DNA of 64,000 bases from a bacterium (GTDB lineage Bacteria > Hinthialibacterota > Hinthialibacteria > Hinthialibacterales > Hinthialibacteraceae), in NCBI GenBank assembly GCA_963662285.2, contig CAXXMV010000006.1, positions 704,001 to 768,000 on the forward strand, in the 5' to 3' direction. Below are positions 30,296 to 41,134 of the stretch, piece after piece; positions within the stretch are counted from its first letter, which is position 1; every line of letters starts with the position of its first letter. A program made the translations under genes and the position numbers. Under the pieces are notes generated by a model. That model worked only from the letters and a program-made list of their open reading frames with translations. It searched no databases and was not told where the DNA came from.

Positions 30296-32251
30296 CTATT
30301 TTTTCCCTTTCCCTTTATCATGAGGGACGGTTACGGTTACATTGGCGGTTAATGCATTATCTGAATCATCCACGCATTCCACAGTGATGGTGTAAATCCG
30401 GTCGTCTCCTGAACCTGAGCGTTCCGCTCGAAGATTGGCGGTCAAGTCTCCGGTGATTTCCCAATCCGGTTCGGTATTGCTATCACCGGATTCATTGATC
30501 GGTTCGTTACTGGTGATCGAAATAATCCGGCATTCAACATTCGCATCACACGTATCGACCGCACTTAGACTGATTGTTACCGGAGTCATTTTATGGTTGG
30601 GCGGCCACAGCGTATTCTTATCTACAGCAATAGAAATAACTTCAGGTGGAGTCGTATCCCGGATATGAATTAGTGTTGAATCAGTATTGTCCAATTCTCC
30701 ATCGTTGACTGTCAATGTCACTGTATATATCCCCAAATCAATATTCACGGTTGCCGTTACACCCGTAACGATTCCAAATGGACCGCTCCATGTGAAGTCG
30801 AGTGAATCGCCGTCAGGATCACTCGAACCGCTTCCATCCAACATAATCCCATCAGCGCCGTCCATCCGGTTGGCTTCGATGACCTGATTGTCTCCTGCAT
30901 CAGCGACCGGGGGTGAATTAACATCGGAGGAGTATATTCTTAAAGACAGATCATGTGCGAATAAAAGCAATTCATTGGTTCCATCCTGGTTAACATCATA
31001 AAAAGCGGGGATACCCGATCCCCCGTACATGCCTTCAAAACCGGTGAACTCTTCCAGCATGATCGGTTCGTCATCGAATTCTCCCTGGTCTGATACGCCC
31101 ACTACATATAAATATTTTATCAAATCGGGATTGGGTAAAATCGAAGTCATCACCGCAACTTGTTTGGCACTAGAAGCATACAGCGATTGCCCCACCGCTA
31201 GATTGAGCGCATCTTTCCGATCGGAGAGAGCAGCTAATTCAATAGGTGCATCGCTGGTATCCAACGACGTATATTGACCATTGCGATACCCATAGGCTTG
31301 TATAATATATGAGGGGCCGGGATCGGAGCAGTAATAGCCATCAGTCGAATGCCCGGTCACGATTTCTTTTATATCGTCTCCGTCTAGATCTATCAATTCA
31401 AAGGCGATGGGATGGCTTTTGTCGCTCCAGGTTGTGCTATATGTTCCGTCTATGTGTTCCAGTATGGCAATCCGATATTGCGACCAGCAGGATGCGGCAA
31501 GAATAATTTCGTTCTCTAGATCGCCATCAACATCGTCTACTAAAACCGCATTACAGTCTGTCCCGTTATAGCCCACCCAACTCTGAGTGAACGTTTTTTG
31601 AATAGAGTCATATTCATAAATTAATAATTTCCGTTCGCTCCAAGAACAGGCGACTAATAGTTCGTTCTCTCCATCATTATCACAATCGGCTACGGCAAAT
31701 TGATTTTCGGGAAATCGCATAGATCGGTAAAATTGTTCCCATAACAAGTTCCAACCATTTTGATTCTGTTGGAATATTTGTAAGTATCCACCGCCATCAA
31801 GATAGCAACCCGCTCGCGAATCCTGAAAAGCGTAAATGCCAATCTCCTTTACTCCGTCATTTTCCAAATCAAAAACCTTAATTCCGTTAGTAAAGGAACC
31901 TGTTATTTCAAATAATGGCGTAATACTTAGATCGCCATTTGTAGACAGGTTCCAAATCGATACGATTTTATCAGCGCAAAAATTGATCCCCGTGCGATCA
32001 ATTTCGGTGGAATGTACCACGATGAATTCTTTGTTCCCATCGTTATCGATATCGTCATAGGTAACTGCATATACCGGTCCCACATCAATTTCATTGACCA
32101 GGTTGATATCAGAGGCATTACTGGTATTCACTGGAATCAAAAACAGTGAAAATAATATTACTGATGCACAAAATCGATTAATAAACTTTCCTTTGAAACA
32201 TTCATCAGCATTTTTAATTACTATCCAACTGAATTGTCTCTGTACAATCAT
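30296..32251 (-). CDS. Secreted FG-GAP/VCBS repeat protein with PKD and HYR-like domains
   Basis: Repeated D.D.DG..E motifs, NSPPVADAG..LDGSGSSDPDGDSL and DTTPP..LWPPNHKM..LRAERSGSG. Confidence 0.85.
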   Translation of the reverse strand: MIVQRQFSWIVIKNADECFKGKFINRFCASVILFSLFLIPVNTSNASDINLVNEIDVGPVYAVTYDDIDNDGNKEFIVVHSTEIDRTGINFCADKIVSIWNLSTNGDLSITPLFEITGSFTNGIKVFDLENDGVKEIGIYAFQDSRAGCYLDGGGYLQIFQQNQNGWNLLWEQFYRSMRFPENQFAVADCDNDGENELLVACSWSERKLLIYEYDSIQKTFTQSWVGYNGTDCNAVLVDDVDGDLENEIILAASCWSQYRIAILEHIDGTYSTTWSDKSHPIAFELIDLDGDDIKEIVTGHSTDGYYCSDPGPSYIIQAYGYRNGQYTSLDTSDAPIELAALSDRKDALNLAVGQSLYASSAKQVAVMTSILPNPDLIKYLYVVGVSDQGEFDDEPIMLEEFTGFEGMYGGSGIPAFYDVNQDGTNELLLFAHDLSLRIYSSDVNSPPVADAGDNQVIEANRMDGADGIMLDGSGSSDPDGDSLDFTWSGPFGIVTGVTATVNIDLGIYTVTLTVNDGELDNTDSTLIHIRDTTPPEVISIAVDKNTLWPPNHKMTPVTISLSAVDTCDANVECRIISITSNEPINESGDSNTEPDWEITGDLTANLRAERSGSGDDRIYTITVECVDDSDNALTANVTVTVPHDKGKGKK

Positions 32252-32553
32252 AGCGGTTCTCCCTTATTGGTAGTTTGTTTACTGTGTCCGGAATTACCCA
32301 TATAATCGGGGAAATAATACCCGTATTATTATTTATTGAGCGATTTTCTCACAATGATTCGAATCTAGTCAAGTTTTTTTTCGGGGGATGTTGCCGAAAA
32401 GTAGTAATGTTATCCTCTTGAGTATAACTGAATTTAAAATTTTCATTTTCAATGTAGAGAATTTAACGTAGTTATTAGTAATTATCAGTTTTACCAAGTA
32501 AGATATTTAATCCTATAGGTTTAGGAAATAATTTGATATTTTTCCATAATCCG

Positions 32554-32579
32554 GGAACTTCATGATTATAAATAGCGTA
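32554..32579 (+). promoter_or_regulatory. ECF-type autoregulatory promoter
   Basis: GGAACT-N16-CGTA directly upstream of an ECF sigma gene. Confidence 0.6.
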
Positions 32580-32613
32580 TAAGTTGGCGTACGGGCTAAT
32601 CAAGGAGACGCTG

Positions 32614-33156
32614 GTGATCGAAGAGTGGGTCGAGCAATGTCGTAAAGGTCAGTCGCGGGCCTTTGCTCATGTGGTTCGGGAGATGCAGCAGAGAATCTAT
32701 TGCTTCCTCTACCGCATGACGCAAAACCGTGAACAGGCCGAAGATCTGGCGCAGGAGACTTTTCTGCGCGCCTATCGTCAGTTGGCCAACTACGATTGCA
32801 AGAAGGCCGCCTTCTCAACGTGGCTGTTTACGTTAGCCCGTAACTTGTGTCTCGATGAATTTCGGCGGCGCAAGCCCACTCAAACCACGTTGGAGGAGGC
32901 GGTTAATCTTGAAGCCGCATCGGGTTTCACGCCGTTTTGCGCTGCTAATGACAACGAGGTAGAGCGACGAATAGCTCAAGCCGTGGATAGTCTGGATACG
33001 CCTTTCCGGGAAGTTTTCGTCTTGTATGAGTATGAAGACCTTCCCTTGGAGCAGATTTCAGTGGTTGTCGGCCGTCCGGTGGGCACGGTTAAATCCAGGC
33101 TGCACCGGGCGAGGCTTCAGCTTCAGGAAAAACTATCATCTGTGCTGTATGCGTAA
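32614..33156 (+). CDS. ECF RNA polymerase sigma factor (SigW/RpoE-like)
   Basis: AEDLAQETFLRAY, FSTWLFTLARNLCLDEFRR and GTVKSRLHRAR. AAGGAG precedes GTG 32614. Confidence 0.92.
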   Translation: MIEEWVEQCRKGQSRAFAHVVREMQQRIYCFLYRMTQNREQAEDLAQETFLRAYRQLANYDCKKAAFSTWLFTLARNLCLDEFRRRKPTQTTLEEAVNLEAASGFTPFCAANDNEVERRIAQAVDSLDTPFREVFVLYEYEDLPLEQISVVVGRPVGTVKSRLHRARLQLQEKLSSVLYA

Positions 33157-33167
33157 GGAGAAGAGAA

Positions 33168-33779
33168 ATGAATACAGATTGCCGACGTTTCCAGGAATCA
33201 TATAGCGATGCTGATATGTCTGATGAATTGAAACGGCATGGGGAGTCATGCGAATCATGTCAGGAATTCGTTTTACGGCAAAATGCTTTGCAACAGATTC
33301 TACCAGGGTGGAAAACGCCTGAAATTTCTTCGGATTTTGCGCTTGACGTTATGTCGAGAATAGCCGAAGACGGAGAGCGCAGGCGTAGTCCACTCGAATT
33401 GTTGAAGGAGATGTTTAACTTACGTTTTTCCATCCCTTTACCAATCGGCGCGTTGGCCGGCATTCTGTTTCTAGTATCTGTTTTGATGAATGTTTTTTTC
33501 TGGGCTAGCAATGATTCAACCAGTAATTTTGATCCATCGCGTCTTGCGTCAAATCCTAATGCGCCCGCTGTAGATATTATTCCTACAATTATTCAGGGCG
33601 CCAATGTGATGCATACATCCGATTTTAATTCGGAATCGGTAAAAGGTTTTATGTCGGCCACGCAAGGTATGCCGGGGGCTGGTTTGTTTCTGCTTGTTCC
33701 AATTGTTGAACCGAACCTTCCAATGACAAGTATAGAGAAAACTAATAATCAAGAGACTGAAAACAAACAAGAAATCTAA
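33168..33779 (+). CDS. Zinc-binding (ZAS) anti-sigma factor
   Basis: C..HGESCESC (HxxxCxxC) plus one TM; follows the ECF gene. Confidence 0.85.
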   Translation: MNTDCRRFQESYSDADMSDELKRHGESCESCQEFVLRQNALQQILPGWKTPEISSDFALDVMSRIAEDGERRRSPLELLKEMFNLRFSIPLPIGALAGILFLVSVLMNVFFWASNDSTSNFDPSRLASNPNAPAVDIIPTIIQGANVMHTSDFNSESVKGFMSATQGMPGAGLFLLVPIVEPNLPMTSIEKTNNQETENKQEI

Positions 33780-33782
33780 GAG

Positions 33783-35267
33783 GTGACGCCAATGAAGAAT
33801 ATGTCTGCCATAATACTTATGAAGAGAACCGCTGTAATATCCGCCTGTGTTATGTTTGCATTGTTCTGTTCGTTTAATGCGCAAGCCAAAACTAGTGATG
33901 CTGAACTGAAAGTCAAAGTTGACGCTTTTTATAAAGAGTGGAACCAGGCGGTAGAGGCCAAGAATATAGATGCAATAAAGGGTCTTCTGGAGGACGATTA
34001 TAAACTGATAGGTGGAATGGCTGGTAAAGACCATCAGGAAAAAGCGCTTGGACTGTTGTTCAAAGAATACGAGCAGCTAAGTTCCAGCGCTGTAATAAAC
34101 ACTATCAAGGCGACCTACGACGACGATGGTAGTGGCGAGAAGGTTCAGGTAATAGGCGACTATCATCTGAAAGCCAAGAAAAAAGGCGATGCAAACTGGA
34201 GCACCGTTGTTCATGATGGATTCTTCGAAATTCTTAAACCGAATGAAGATGGCGAATTTAAACTATTGGCCAGCGGGAATGTGAATCTGGAACGATTTAA
34301 GAATATTAAAGATAATGTATATACCGATCCGACTCTGGGCTACTCAATCGCCGGTCCGGAAGGTTGGTCTCTTTTACCTCTCGAAATGCCAACTATGCAG
34401 GGCGGAACTCTATTCATGATGCCCAACGGCCATACTCCGGGGATGTTCGGGTATGTTGAATTGCCATATCAAGTAACTGCAAAACAAGCCGTTGAAGGCG
34501 ATGGCGCGGTTATGAAGAAAGTAACCAAGAGTTACAAACTTCTTGAATCCGGTCCGGTTGAACGGAATGGCATGAAGGGATACGGCAGCCTCTCGCGTTT
34601 TGAGGTTAAAGAGAGCGACGAAGTTATGATGCGCCGACGGGTATATCTTTCCGGCGGTGGATTGCTATACGTTTTTCTTGTGACCGCCCCTGAACAACAT
34701 TGGGATGAAGTAAAGGGATCGCTTGATACAATTCTAGATTCTTTCAAACAGACGGATAAAGCCAAAAACAACGCAGCCTCTATTGTCCGGGAGAAAACCG
34801 CCAGCGGCGAAATCATGGGACGGATTTACAGCAACGATGAATACGGCTGCCAGATCGCTGCGCCCAAAGGTTGGGAACTAAAAGCAACCCCGCTGGGGGC
34901 ATTTAAGGTATCAATCAGCATTACGCCTCCAGATGGTAAGAGTCTGGTTCGCTTGCTGGGACTTGATATGAAAGTTCCTACAGACGTCAAAGACGTTTTC
35001 CAGCAGGAAATGAATGGCATCAAATCGATTACCGAGGATTTTAGCGTACAGGTCGAACCGGAAGAGATCGAAATTGCTGGAGTGACTGGCATGACTGGAA
35101 CCTTTACATTCTCTCTTGAGGGGCTGGGTACAATGACGAGAAAATCCGTGATGGTCACTCATGGCAGTCATCTGTTTATGATCCTGTGCGATGCCATTCC
35201 TCCTGAGAAATTTGCTGAGTTGGAAGCCAGTTTTGATTCAATCATAAAGTCTTTTACGGTTAATTAA
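33783..35267 (+). CDS. Secreted protein with an NTF2-like domain and two PsbP-like repeats
   Basis: Signal peptide. The segments YTDPTLGYSIAGPEGW and YSNDEYGCQIAAPKGW, and ILDSFK and IIKSFT, are duplicated. Confidence 0.65.
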   Translation: MTPMKNMSAIILMKRTAVISACVMFALFCSFNAQAKTSDAELKVKVDAFYKEWNQAVEAKNIDAIKGLLEDDYKLIGGMAGKDHQEKALGLLFKEYEQLSSSAVINTIKATYDDDGSGEKVQVIGDYHLKAKKKGDANWSTVVHDGFFEILKPNEDGEFKLLASGNVNLERFKNIKDNVYTDPTLGYSIAGPEGWSLLPLEMPTMQGGTLFMMPNGHTPGMFGYVELPYQVTAKQAVEGDGAVMKKVTKSYKLLESGPVERNGMKGYGSLSRFEVKESDEVMMRRRVYLSGGGLLYVFLVTAPEQHWDEVKGSLDTILDSFKQTDKAKNNAASIVREKTASGEIMGRIYSNDEYGCQIAAPKGWELKATPLGAFKVSISITPPDGKSLVRLLGLDMKVPTDVKDVFQQEMNGIKSITEDFSVQVEPEEIEIAGVTGMTGTFTFSLEGLGTMTRKSVMVTHGSHLFMILCDAIPPEKFAELEASFDSIIKSFTVN

Positions 35268-35295
35268 TTTGTAACAGCAGAGAAGAGAATGAAAC

Positions 35296-35425
35296 GGGGA
35301 GCATCGGCTTCTAGCCGGTGTATCAAAGAGGATAGAATGATGGGCGCCAAGGGCAAGAGCGCATTGCGCTCAGCCCTTGATCAAGCCACCAACGATAGGG
35401 TGAAAATCCTTAACTTGATGACATT
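35296..35425 (-). repeat. Mosaic repeat: GGGGAGCATCGGCTTCTAGCCGGT unit plus REP family A copy 4 (long form)
   Basis: Reverse complement matches 2102-2125 and 18424-18510. Confidence 0.85.
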
Positions 35426-35540
35426 TAGTTAGAGGGGAGTGGCGCTTTAACGGATACCCCCCCCCCTCCTAATCTCCTCCAGGCTTGGGGGAGGGATATG
35501 CGGTTGACTCATTACCTTGATTTTTCATGAAGGAAGTGAA

Positions 35541-36449
35541 ATGAACAGCGCCATACAAATTGATAAAGTCACTAAAAGATTCCGCAATGCAGTGGCTTTA
35601 GATAATGTCAGTTTTGAAATACCTCAAGGTGAAATCTTTGGTCTTCTCGGTCCCAACGGGGCCGGGAAGACTACTTTGATGCGCATCCTGGTGGGAATCA
35701 TCGGCCCGGATGAAGGATGCATTCATCTGCCCGGCGAGTCCAATCGACGATTAAAAGAGCGGATCGGATACCTGCCGGAAGAACGCGGCTTGTATCAGAA
35801 AATGAGAGTCAGGCAGCTTTTGAAATATTTTGCTTCCATGAAAGGCATGTCGGGCGGAAACCTGAATCAACAGATCGAGGATGGATTGCGGCGGGTTGGA
35901 ATACCGGGGGAAGGGAAGCGGAAGGTTGAAGAATTATCCAAAGGCAATCAGCAGCGCGTCCAACTCTTATCTACATTATTGCATAAGCCAGATTTCCTGG
36001 TGTTGGATGAACCGTTTACCGGACTCGACCCAGTCGGCGTCGAGCAGATGAAGGACATCCTGGTCGAAGAGACCCAACGGGGCGCCACAGTCATAATATC
36101 CACCCATCGCATGAACGATGCTGAAGAACTGTGCGGCGCTATCGCTTTGATCGACCAGGGGTGCGTTATTCGATCCGGCGCACTGGATAAGATCAAGCGT
36201 GAAGAAGGACGCGATGAACTGGCGGTTGAATTTGAAGGGGATTCGCAGTGCTGTGCAGAAGTCCCTGGAATATCCCTGCTGGAATGCGAGAATCATTCGC
36301 TTAGGTTGCGAATTGAGGATGGCGCAACGGTTCCTGAGATAGTGAAAGATATTTCGAATCGCCTTGATGTATATAGCGTAGTCCGCATCGAACCGACCTT
36401 GCATGATATTTTCGTGCAACTGGTGGGCCGGAAGGAAGATCAAAAATGA
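35541..36449 (+). CDS. ABC transporter ATP-binding protein
   Basis: GPNGAGKTT, LSKGNQQR, LVLDEPFTGLD and STH. Confidence 0.95.
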   Translation: MNSAIQIDKVTKRFRNAVALDNVSFEIPQGEIFGLLGPNGAGKTTLMRILVGIIGPDEGCIHLPGESNRRLKERIGYLPEERGLYQKMRVRQLLKYFASMKGMSGGNLNQQIEDGLRRVGIPGEGKRKVEELSKGNQQRVQLLSTLLHKPDFLVLDEPFTGLDPVGVEQMKDILVEETQRGATVIISTHRMNDAEELCGAIALIDQGCVIRSGALDKIKREEGRDELAVEFEGDSQCCAEVPGISLLECENHSLRLRIEDGATVPEIVKDISNRLDVYSVVRIEPTLHDIFVQLVGRKEDQK

Positions 36450-37774
36450 AATTCAGTTTTCGTAAGGCGGGTCTGGTCGCCAAACAGGAAATCAGGGCGG
36501 TGGTATGGACCAAAGGCTTCCTTCTGGCGCTGTTTATTCCACTTATATTTCTGGTTATTATTACCAGTTTGCTTCCACTGGTCGAAAGTTTAATGGAGAA
36601 ATCTAAAAAGAATCTGACTCATCCGGTTCGCATTGGCGTGATCGGATCAGAAGCGGATGTGCTCGAAGCATGGCGGTCGAAATTAGAGCAGCGCAAGTTA
36701 TCCAATGGATTGCCGATGTTTGAGTTTAATCCTCTCTCCATAGCAGGCATACCCGAAGAAACAATTCTTGCATCGGCCAAGAAGAAAGTCCGGGAAAAGA
36801 AACTGGACGCTATTGCCTATTTTGAGGGAGATGTTACAGGCAAAGGATTTTGCGAATTTTATTCTATGCGGGGTTTTAATATTGAGTTGCCAAGTGAATT
36901 GAAAAGGGGACTTAGAGATTCCGTGCAGACCATGAGGCTTAAGAATGAAGGTTTTGATTCTGATAAGATTGCGGCGTTGAAGAAAAATGTCGAATGGCGT
37001 GAATATGAGGTCGCGGCGGAAGTGGTTGTAGGAAAAGAGGGAGAAAAAAAGCGTCAGGCCAGTTTTGAACGGCTTTTCGCTCCAGCTATTATCAGCGTTA
37101 TGATGATGTTCTTCCTGGTCTTTACCACCAGCCAAAGGATGCTGCGCGGCATTGTGGAAGAGAAGACCTCCCGCGTGGTTGAGATATTGCTCTCGTCTGT
37201 TTCGCCGACTGAACTGCTGACGGGCAAGGTATCGGGATTCTTTGTGATCGGCATCATTCAATTTATTGTTTGGGTGGGCTTTGGTTTAATTGTCGCACTC
37301 TATAAGGGATTTGCGATTACTGAATATGTCCCGGCGGCCTATTTCTTCCAGTTCCTCTTATTCCTTTGCACTGGTTACCTGTTCTACGCCGCCATCTTCG
37401 CAGCTATCGGCGCCATGGTGGGAGACGAGACCGAATCGCAGGGGCTTCAAGGGATCATAACCATGTTTATCGTCATCCCCATGATGTTTAACATCGTTAT
37501 TATTACCCAACCCAACTGGTGGGTGATCAGGTTGCTCAGTTACGCGCCCTGTTTCACTCCGGCGATAATGGCGATCCGCCTTATTGCTGCGCCTATTCCC
37601 TTATGGGAAATCTGCGCAATTGCAGCATCGTCGATATTCTTTTCCATACTGGCCACTATACTGGCGGCGCGTATTTTCCGTATAGGTATATTGTTGACCG
37701 GTAAACGTCCCACCCTGCGTGAACTGTGGCGCTGGTGTTTCTATCGCGATGTGAGCGGAGTTGTTGAAAGATAA
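36446..37774 (+). CDS. ABC-2 type permease (NatB/YhaP-like)
   Basis: ATGA overlap with the ATPase gene; IVEEKTSRVVEILLSSV..LLTGK; multiple TMs. Confidence 0.92.
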   Translation: MKFSFRKAGLVAKQEIRAVVWTKGFLLALFIPLIFLVIITSLLPLVESLMEKSKKNLTHPVRIGVIGSEADVLEAWRSKLEQRKLSNGLPMFEFNPLSIAGIPEETILASAKKKVREKKLDAIAYFEGDVTGKGFCEFYSMRGFNIELPSELKRGLRDSVQTMRLKNEGFDSDKIAALKKNVEWREYEVAAEVVVGKEGEKKRQASFERLFAPAIISVMMMFFLVFTTSQRMLRGIVEEKTSRVVEILLSSVSPTELLTGKVSGFFVIGIIQFIVWVGFGLIVALYKGFAITEYVPAAYFFQFLLFLCTGYLFYAAIFAAIGAMVGDETESQGLQGIITMFIVIPMMFNIVIITQPNWWVIRLLSYAPCFTPAIMAIRLIAAPIPLWEICAIAASSIFFSILATILAARIFRIGILLTGKRPTLRELWRWCFYRDVSGVVER

Positions 37775-37794
37775 AATCAAGATGAGGATAGATC

Positions 37795-38535
37795 ATGAAA
37801 ACTAGGACTGATCATACTTTTTTTACAACACGTTTGGCGTTAGTTGGATTCATTCTTCCGTTATTGACTATCGCGGCATTTGGACAGACTTTGCCCGAAT
37901 TTGATAAGAGCATTGTTTTAGAAACCGAAAACGGCATGATCTTATTTGGCGAGTTGGAAGCTTCTGAAGACGACTCGGCCATGATCAAGACGGTCTATGG
38001 CGATTTGACCATCCCGTTAAATAAAATTATCCGTATTGATGGCGACAATTTCGACGAGAAAAACGGCGTCACCCGTGAGCATTCGGTCGTTATTCGCAGC
38101 GATGGCAGTATTATTCTTGATTATATTCTGCCGATTTCCTCCCGGATTCAAAAAGAGAAATCAACCATTTTAACTATGGGGAGCGTGCTGCAAATCAACG
38201 ACCTGCACGGCAAGCCATTAGATTTTATGGCCAGAAAGATTGATGATTTTACCCGTTGCATTATCAATATGCCCGATTACCGTCTGCCAGCGGTGGCGGT
38301 GCGCGTCTTGCAGAAGGATGCAGCGCAGATTGAGCAAAACAGGTTGCGCTATACCTATAAATACACGCCGCGTATGAAACAGACCTTCCGCTTAAACATC
38401 ACCTTGCCGGAGGGCGCCTCCATCGTCGAAATCTCCCCCGAACCGCAAAGCCGCACCAGCGGCGCCGTATCATGGAACCAGAAATTACGCCGCCAACAAC
38501 AGGTTGAATATGTTATTACGCTTCAACTTAATTAG
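37795..38535 (+). CDS. Secreted hypothetical protein
   Basis: Signal peptide ending AAFG; beta-rich C-terminus ITLPEGASIVEISPEP. Confidence 0.7.
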   Translation: MKTRTDHTFFTTRLALVGFILPLLTIAAFGQTLPEFDKSIVLETENGMILFGELEASEDDSAMIKTVYGDLTIPLNKIIRIDGDNFDEKNGVTREHSVVIRSDGSIILDYILPISSRIQKEKSTILTMGSVLQINDLHGKPLDFMARKIDDFTRCIINMPDYRLPAVAVRVLQKDAAQIEQNRLRYTYKYTPRMKQTFRLNITLPEGASIVEISPEPQSRTSGAVSWNQKLRRQQQVEYVITLQLN

Positions 38536-39143
38536 GATTGATTTGCGAGGAAACTGTTTGAAAGAACTGTTGACAATGACGGGCTTTGGTTTGGACGGTT
38601 GTCGCATTTAACAGTTGCAGGATTTTTGATGCATGTTTGATCTTGTGGTATTTGCCCTTTTTAGGAATTTTGAGAGGCTTTTTCGAGAGATTTCTTTAAT
38701 TCGCTTTTATCGATTTGTTCGACATTATTATTCTTGGGGATAGCCGATTCCTGGAAGCCTTGCCCGTAGAATTGTTTGAGCGCATCAATATCAGCGATCA
38801 ACCAGGATTCCATGGTTTGAACCATCAGGCGGTAATGTTCTTCGCTTAATCCAAGCGACCAACCATCCCGTTTGTTTAGATGTTCCATTGGCGTAGCGTC
38901 GACTGGTTCTTCCGAGTCAACCAGCAGTAGGTTGAATGCATCCGGGTGGCTGTTGCAGGCATTATGAAAATCCCGGTGCGCCGCGTCGCGTTTGCCGCAC
39001 ATAGTAATGTTCCATTTGATTTTCCTGGTTCTTGCTTTATCTATGAGAGGTTTAAAGAAATTACTGAAACCTTGCCGTAGCATGGTTTTTTGATTTTTAA
39101 GATCACCCCCGCCTTCGATGTATATGCGAATTTCTTTTACCAA
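38528..39143 (-). pseudogene. DUF4276-like protein with a one-base frameshift near its 3' end
   Basis: (M)VKEIRIYIEGGG, LLVDSE and MVQTMESWLIAD. TAA at 38661 is followed in the shifted frame by KKGKYHKIKHASKIL..HCQQFF, ending at 38528. Confidence 0.7.
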
Positions 39144-40378
39144 CGGTTGCCACCTATCTCCCCCATGCGCCATAGGTGTCCGAGATCATAATCATCAAGC
39201 CATTTCTGAAGCGCTTCTTTTTCTAAACGCTTAAACCTGGTTCCTTCATCGTCTTTCTCACATACCATCACGTTTTCCGGCGTATCCGTGAAAGACGATA
39301 CCAATGCATCGGAATGGGTGGTTACGATCAGTTGAGTTCTCTGTGAAGCCTCGATCAGTAGTTCCGAAATATTTGAAATGATATCTGGATGTAACCCCAG
39401 TTCGGGTTCTTCGATGCATATCAGAGGCGGAGGCGATGGATGGATCAGGATCGACAATAAGCAGAGATAGCGCAAAGTTCCATCCGAAAGTCGCGTGGCA
39501 GGAATAGGCTTTTTTAAGCCTCGTTCATGAAAATAAATCTGGACGGTTCCACCATGAATCTTTACGGTGATATCAGTGATCTCTTCATAGAATTTCTTTA
39601 ACTCATGCAGCAGTTTTTGCTTTGATTCGGGTTGGTGCTGCAAATCATTTATAATAAGCGCAATATTACTGGCATCCTCTTCAAGAAAATCTTCAGGTAA
39701 ATCCGCAGGTTGAGGTCTTCTTGTGGGAGTGTTCCGCCCCATACTCCATTCTTTGAAAATCTTGATACTATTAAAATTATCGCTTAGATATGTGATTTCT
39801 GGATATTGTACTGGGTCTTTTATTTGAGATAGAACTGTTTTGTTTGTGTCTAATTCGATATCTAATAAATAATAGCCTGGTCCCTTGAAATATTCTCCTA
39901 AGAGTGGAGGGGAATAAGAATCAGAACGCGAAGTCATTGAGTTGATATAAGGAAAACCAGCTTTGTATAAAAAATATGTAAGTGGTTCTTTTTTACTAAT
40001 ATTGGATAATAGTTCGTCTTTTACAGATTCATCTTCAAGCATAATCCGTTGATTCAATTCGGAGAAATCCAGTTTATATTGAAGCGGTATTTCCTCATTT
40101 TCAGGATAATTAATCGTAGCATCAATTTGCGCAATCTCTGATTTAGGCGAACCTTTCCAGAGCCATTCCATTATTCCTCCGCCTTCACGGATGGGGACGG
40201 TGATATCAGTTGGCGCGGCTTGCAGCAGGCTGATGGCTTCGATCAGGTTTGATTTGCCGGAGGCGTTTGGCCCGATAATAACGTTGAGCGGTTTGAGATC
40301 GATAACGCCGCTGTCTTTCCCGAAGGAGAGCAGGTTTTTGAATTGAATAGTGTTGATGAAGCGGACGTCGTCTTGCAT
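39137..40378 (-). CDS. AAA_21/ABC-type ATPase (OLD/AbiEii-like)
   Basis: IIGPNASGKSNLIEA, LSDGTLRYL, ICIEEPELGLHP, IVTTHS and LGHLWRMGEIGG. Its stop overlaps the DUF4276 start. Confidence 0.9.
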   Translation of the reverse strand: MQDDVRFINTIQFKNLLSFGKDSGVIDLKPLNVIIGPNASGKSNLIEAISLLQAAPTDITVPIREGGGIMEWLWKGSPKSEIAQIDATINYPENEEIPLQYKLDFSELNQRIMLEDESVKDELLSNISKKEPLTYFLYKAGFPYINSMTSRSDSYSPPLLGEYFKGPGYYLLDIELDTNKTVLSQIKDPVQYPEITYLSDNFNSIKIFKEWSMGRNTPTRRPQPADLPEDFLEEDASNIALIINDLQHQPESKQKLLHELKKFYEEITDITVKIHGGTVQIYFHERGLKKPIPATRLSDGTLRYLCLLSILIHPSPPPLICIEEPELGLHPDIISNISELLIEASQRTQLIVTTHSDALVSSFTDTPENVMVCEKDDEGTRFKRLEKEALQKWLDDYDLGHLWRMGEIGGNRW

Positions 40379-40505
40379 GAATATCTCCATGCTCAATATC
40401 ATGAATATTTATAATATAAATTATCATAAATAAAAATTCATACTAGAGTCATTCCATCCCGTTACGGTGGATTAGGATTGAACGCAAGAATTGAAATCCA
40501 GCGTA

Positions 40506-40976
40506 TCAGGTGGCGCTTTCGTCGCCCATAAAGCGGTTAGCGCCAAAGGTGCGGTTGCGGATATCGTAAACTGTGTCGATGAAATTCTGTTTAGCGCTTT
40601 GAGCGCCGGGGCTGCATAGCACCCGCCTCATTTCATTAGCCGCCATCTCGTCAAATACTTGTTGTGAGAAAATGAACTCGGTTGGTTCATTCATCTGGTG
40701 ACGCTTGACCATCCAGGCGAAGGTTCCCTCTGATGTTGGATCAAGGTCGAGAGATTTCATTTCGTCTAGAAAATTGTTGTATTTTTTCCAACGGTTGTAT
40801 TTATAGGCCGCGAAAAAGGTGATAAAAATAAATATGGTCAATCCGGATAGCCAATAAATTAGTGTGGCTGGATCATAAGATTTTGGATTATAAAAGAGAT
40901 TTGGCGACAAAGCGTTTTCAGCAAGCAATCGTGGAAAAGAGAATATTAATTCCTGTCCAACATTTAAGATATCCAT
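40506..40976 (-). CDS. Hypothetical single-pass membrane protein
   Basis: 156-aa ORF with one TM (LIYWLSGLTIFIFITFFAAY). Confidence 0.7.
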   Translation of the reverse strand: MDILNVGQELIFSFPRLLAENALSPNLFYNPKSYDPATLIYWLSGLTIFIFITFFAAYKYNRWKKYNNFLDEMKSLDLDPTSEGTFAWMVKRHQMNEPTEFIFSQQVFDEMAANEMRRVLCSPGAQSAKQNFIDTVYDIRNRTFGANRFMGDESAT

Positions 40977-41134
40977 GGCAACTCAACCTAATCAACAAGA
41001 AATTGGCGCCTATTTATGAACTTATATATAAACAGGCGCAATCATATAATATTACATATAATAACAGTATATTGCCTTTATGTCCATACTATTCAGGTAT
41101 TTTATTGATGAGATTTTTTTAGTTGGACTTGATT

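Noticed and set aside
36698-37261. Long antisense ORFs such as this 187-aa one and 33549-34034
   Set aside because: They are shadow frames of well-supported genes and have no motifs of their own.
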